A DNA stretch of 64,000 bases from Chrysomallon squamiferum (Eukaryota; Animalia; Mollusca): NCBI GenBank assembly GCA_012295275.1, contig CM022671.1, positions 18,600,001 to 18,664,000 on the forward strand. Direction: 5' to 3'. This document shows positions 59,173 through 64,000 of the stretch, piece by piece. The notes under the pieces were generated by a model. That model searched no databases. It was not told where the DNA came from and saw nothing but the letters and a program-made list of their open reading frames with translations. Positions within the stretch are counted from its first letter, which is position 1; each line of letters starts with the position of its first letter. A program made the position numbers and the translations under genes.

Positions 59173-61605
59173 TGTTATTATTATTATTGTTATTGTTATT
59201 ATTATTATCGTTATTGTTATTGTTTGTTGTTGTTTTTTGTTATTATTATTATTGTTTCTGGAAAGACGATGTATTTAAAGAACTTTTTCTTCGCACGTCT
59301 TTTGTTTTCTATTTTTATGGTTTTCTTTATTTTCTGAGTTATTTGCCATAGTGATTATGATAACTATCACGACCAATCAACTTACATACATTAATCAATC
59401 GTTCATCCGTCTGAACACGCATCCATATTCCATTTCAGTTTCTCTGATTAACATTCTTTCTCGGTTTCTTTCTTGGTTTCTTTTAGTTTTTATCATTCTT
59501 TCTTTTCTTGCAATTTTTTCTTTCTTTCATTTGTTTATTCTATCTTTTTAACAACTTTTTTCTTTCTTTCTTTCATCCATTAACTCGTTCTTTCTTTTCT
59601 TAACTTAAGAAAGCAATGTTAACGTAATTATATCGGTATCTTATTTTCTACAATTACCCGTAAAACGCCAAAGGATTTTTATAATAATATATCTTCATCA
59701 ACCGGTCCTAAGCTTCTCTTAAAACTCTTTCCTCTGAATTCCCGTTTCAACCCAATCACCCATGCACTTATCTCTAACTTGAACTAAAAATAATTCGGTT
59801 ACACGCAACGCATAACTGAAAACGCAACGCAATGCAACACAAAAATCAATTAGGTTTATTTTTACCCGAGACCTCTTTGCTCCTGAACAATGGCAGCAAT
59901 TAGGTATATGATAATTCGAAGCCTGGGTAACGGCATAACCAGTAGATTTTTATTTAATAATCCTGCTCGGCTGCCAATACGGAGAATATATCGACTTGTT
60001 TCGGTAATTACCGTTTATTATCTGTAGGTCAATAGATGTCAAGCGAAACACACGTCTTGAACAATCAGACAGGTCAAAGACGTTTAAGAATACGTTGATT
60101 GATTTTATTCAGAATAATGTAGGTTATTTGTGAAAAAGAATCAATACGAAGCACACATCTACAGGTTTTAAAAAAAAAAAAAAAAATACTAATAATAATA
60201 ATTAAAAAAAATAAGTTAAAGAAAAAGTGAATGGTGTATTCGTTCGTGTTTCCGATGATTCGGTAACTTGGTGCATCCATTATTTGTTTAATGATTACAA
60301 AGAATGTGGCATTAATTTTCATTATTAATATCAGAGATGTTATAATAATAATAATAATAATAATAATAATTACTGTTGTTGTTGTTGTTATTGTATCATT
60401 ATGATTATTGTTGTTGATGTTACTTATTTTATTTACTATTATTAGTTCAAAATGCATATTTCTTAAATCTCCCTCTTTCTATCAAAACATATGATAATTG
60501 TCATATTTCACATACCACTATCGCCCATATCATAATCATATCATAATCATGCCACAGCATAACATTACTAATTTTATTTTCAGTAATGTTTTTGTTTTTC
60601 ATTTGGTCGAAAACCTTGAGAGAAGCTGAAGTGCCAGAGAGCTGCAAATGTTGATAACTGTGGCCACTGGAAACATCAGCTTTATATGAGCCAAACGTCT
60701 CCAACATCTGCCGTATAATACATGTTGTAAGTGACACTTACACACCCAGAGTAATTGCACAGTAGAATCGTCCGTCTTCCAGGTCTGTCAGATATTACCC
60801 TCGGGTCTTGTTACGGACGGACGGACAAAAGAAGAAATTGTCCCCTCGTTGGTGGCATTCGTCTGACGTGCGAGTGGGCGCAGGATCGATCCTTCCCTAG
60901 AGACGTGTTATTAATTTCCGGTTAAATTAACGTATTGGAACTCAACAACATCTGGTTCTTGTCTGAACGGACATCTGTTTTCAGCGTTCGTTACCGTTTG
61001 TTATAAATTGCATGTGTGTTGTAGATGTGTACTGCTGTGTGTGAGTTGTAATGTTTTGGTTGTGTGACTGTGTATGTTTAATGTGTGGTATGTATGGATA
61101 AGGTTCGTGAGCGCATAATTTTAATCTTTGTAAACACAAACACAAACAAAATGTGTGCTATTGTATTTAAAATCGTTCATTTATAATATGTGTATATAAA
61201 ATGCACTTTCATTATATTATGCATGTAAATGAACTTTCGTTCATGTACATGGGTAACTGCATCGATACAGAGATGTACAAAACTTGTTTTCATTCGAAGA
61301 CCAATCTTAATTGCAAGTAATAATGTACAAAACGCAATTTTCAACATACATATACATAATTCATATATACACACATAAACGCACACATATACACGCACAC
61401 AGACACGTACATGTACAACTATGTACATCGCCGTATGCATACAATCACATATAGCTATTATATTCAGATTTTTCAAAATGACAGCTATATAATTCAGATA
61501 TTAACAGAATAATCTAAAATTCTGATCATAGCTGTTATAGCACAAGCCAGTTTCAGAGCGTTAGTCTGATTATTTCTTGAGTATAGCTGCACTAAAATCA
61601 CTCAC

Positions 61606-61665
61606 ATACTGAAGCTGCTCAGAACTTCCATCCAAGTCTTTCAAACTCTACATTATCCTCAGAAA
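61606..61665 (-). other. Candidate upstream exon of the Piccolo-like gene (ATG at 61631; MEVLSSFSI)
   Basis: ttttaatag acceptor and AT|gtgagt donor. The ATG-initiated frame ends in phase 2, matching the exon at 57911. No homology support. Confidence 0.3.
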
Positions 61666-62815
61666 CTATTAAAATGAACGAAGAAATGATTTGACAACAC
61701 TTTTTTGATCAACGGTTTATGACTGCTTACATAAACAAAGTAAATAACAATAACTAAAATAAAATAAAATAAAATAAAATAAAATAAAATAAAATAAATA
61801 AATAAAAATTATCCAGAAACGTCAAATATGTAATGAAGAATAATTACGAAATCATAACTATGCTAACACGAATAATGCGTCCAGAATGCACAGTAACTAT
61901 TTAAACGTATATAATTTGAAACGAATTAAAAACACATAATTATTATTATTATTTCCTTCACGTGGTCAGCAGATTCTGCCAATCGATCATCGTTTACTGC
62001 GTGGTTCATCTAAACACGAAAATGATTATCCAATAAGGCGGCCTGTACTCAGAGCATTCAGTATTAGCTGTTTTTAAAACATCGTGTACGACAACCGGCC
62101 GTATCGACTGGGACAGAAATAACCAGCTTTAGATGCAACGCGCAAAGCCACGAGTTAAAAATCCAATATTTTGTCCTTCTTTAACAACGAAGTGGAGGGC
62201 AGAATGTGAAGGGGGGTTGGGGGAGTGATGTGGAGGATGGACGAGTAGGAAGAAATTGTAGCGAGTCAATATTAACTTAAATTGGACTTTCTCTCTCTCT
62301 CTAGTTCGAAGAAGCAGCTAGTGCAACACTGAAAACACATCGAGAAATGTTGATATCGATTGAACAGTGACTTCCATGTGTCAGATACGATATAAGTCAT
62401 TTTGGTGTTAATGTATTCTGATTCATTTATTTATTTTCCATTAATTAATTCATTCGCATCTTCATTATTCATTAATTTATTTATTTATTATTATTTTTTT
62501 AATATATTATTGGCAACTCCTCTCTTTTTTCGAAATCCAATCGATCTGTATCCCTGTTTGTCTAAGTATACGACCGTCGACCTTCAGCTTATTTCTCTAT
62601 TTGTTTGTCACGTCAATACACGTTTCTCTTCTCGCCTTTCCTTTAATCTTTGTACTAAAAAGCAATTACAGTAATACTAGTTGTAGTAGAACCAGTCAAA
62701 CTAATGGTAGTAACTGAGGTACAGGTAATGGTAGTATTAAAATGTGTTATTGATTTCACTACCGTTAGGATTCTCTGCTGATTAAACAGGAATTTAAGAA
62801 CGCACCAAAGCATGT

Positions 62816-63238
<423 letters not shown>

Positions 63239-63247
63239 TTGTCTCTC

Positions 63248-63302
<55 letters not shown>

Positions 63303-64000
63303 GACTCTCTGTCTCTCTCGCTCTCTTTCTTCCACTCTTTAATACGTACCAATAAAAAATGTTGTCATAAAAACTATTGACAAGATCTATCACCATGGCA
63401 ACGTCACCAAACATACCTGCATTAAATGAGAATGTCACTAGCTGATAACAAGCAGTTAATTTCATACTGAATGAAGTCACATTAATTGTCACGTCGTCGC
63501 CTGTACATAAACTGCACCAATGTGACCTTCACGCTAACGTTCGTGTTGCTGCTTGTCGGTTTTTTCCCTTCTAATTACACACAAACCGCTCGAACACAAA
63601 TAAAATGACAGGCGCATGCCATCGCAAGTATATAAAGAAGCACAGATATCGCAGTTTTGATGTTATCATTCATGGACGTATTGTTTTGTTAAAAACCTTG
63701 TCTGTCAGATTCCTGTATACGTCTTTTGTCTTCATTTTATTTAATGTTCATGAAAATAAATGTTTATGTATTAATATTGTGTGCATTTGCCATTTCGCTC
63801 ATACACAGTGTCTGCCAACAGTTGCAGACTCTGTATAATAATAAATAATATTCAACTAGATTCTCCGCCGCAGATAACAACTTGCTAACAAAATGTCAAA
63901 AACTGTCATAAACATTCGCATTTCTCTACAGATTTGAAAGCCGAAGTAACATTTCTTGAAGTAAAATATATATATAAAAAAATTAATAATTCTTTCTCTG

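Overview
This is AT-rich, microsatellite-dense animal DNA with GT-AG introns, probably from a lophotrochozoan (likely a mollusc; this is inference). It holds two convergent multi-exon genes, reconstructed by hand from splice sites and reading-frame phase. (1) On the + strand, 7325-26126, an IL-17-receptor-family type I membrane protein of about 743-775 aa: signal peptide, Cys/Trp FnIII-like ectodomain, Thr-rich stalk, TM helix, SEFIR domain, and a tail with a DSGFES phosphodegron. (2) On the - strand, about 57911 to 31495 with the 5' end uncertain, a presynaptic active-zone scaffold of at least about 2,420 aa of the Piccolo/Fife/Clarinet type: RIM-like Rab-binding zinc finger, Piccolo/Bassoon-like motifs and coiled coils, PDZ, a C2A with all five Ca2+-ligating Asp, and no C2B seen. 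Introns carry an internally deleted pogo/Tigger transposon, a Tc1/mariner-type MITE, a tRNA-derived SINE-like element and several minisatellites. The most notable unexplained structure is a 53-nt near-perfect inverted repeat bracketing the alternative terminal exons of the Piccolo-like gene. Several candidate microexons are also present. Most short ORFs in the track are microsatellite artefacts.
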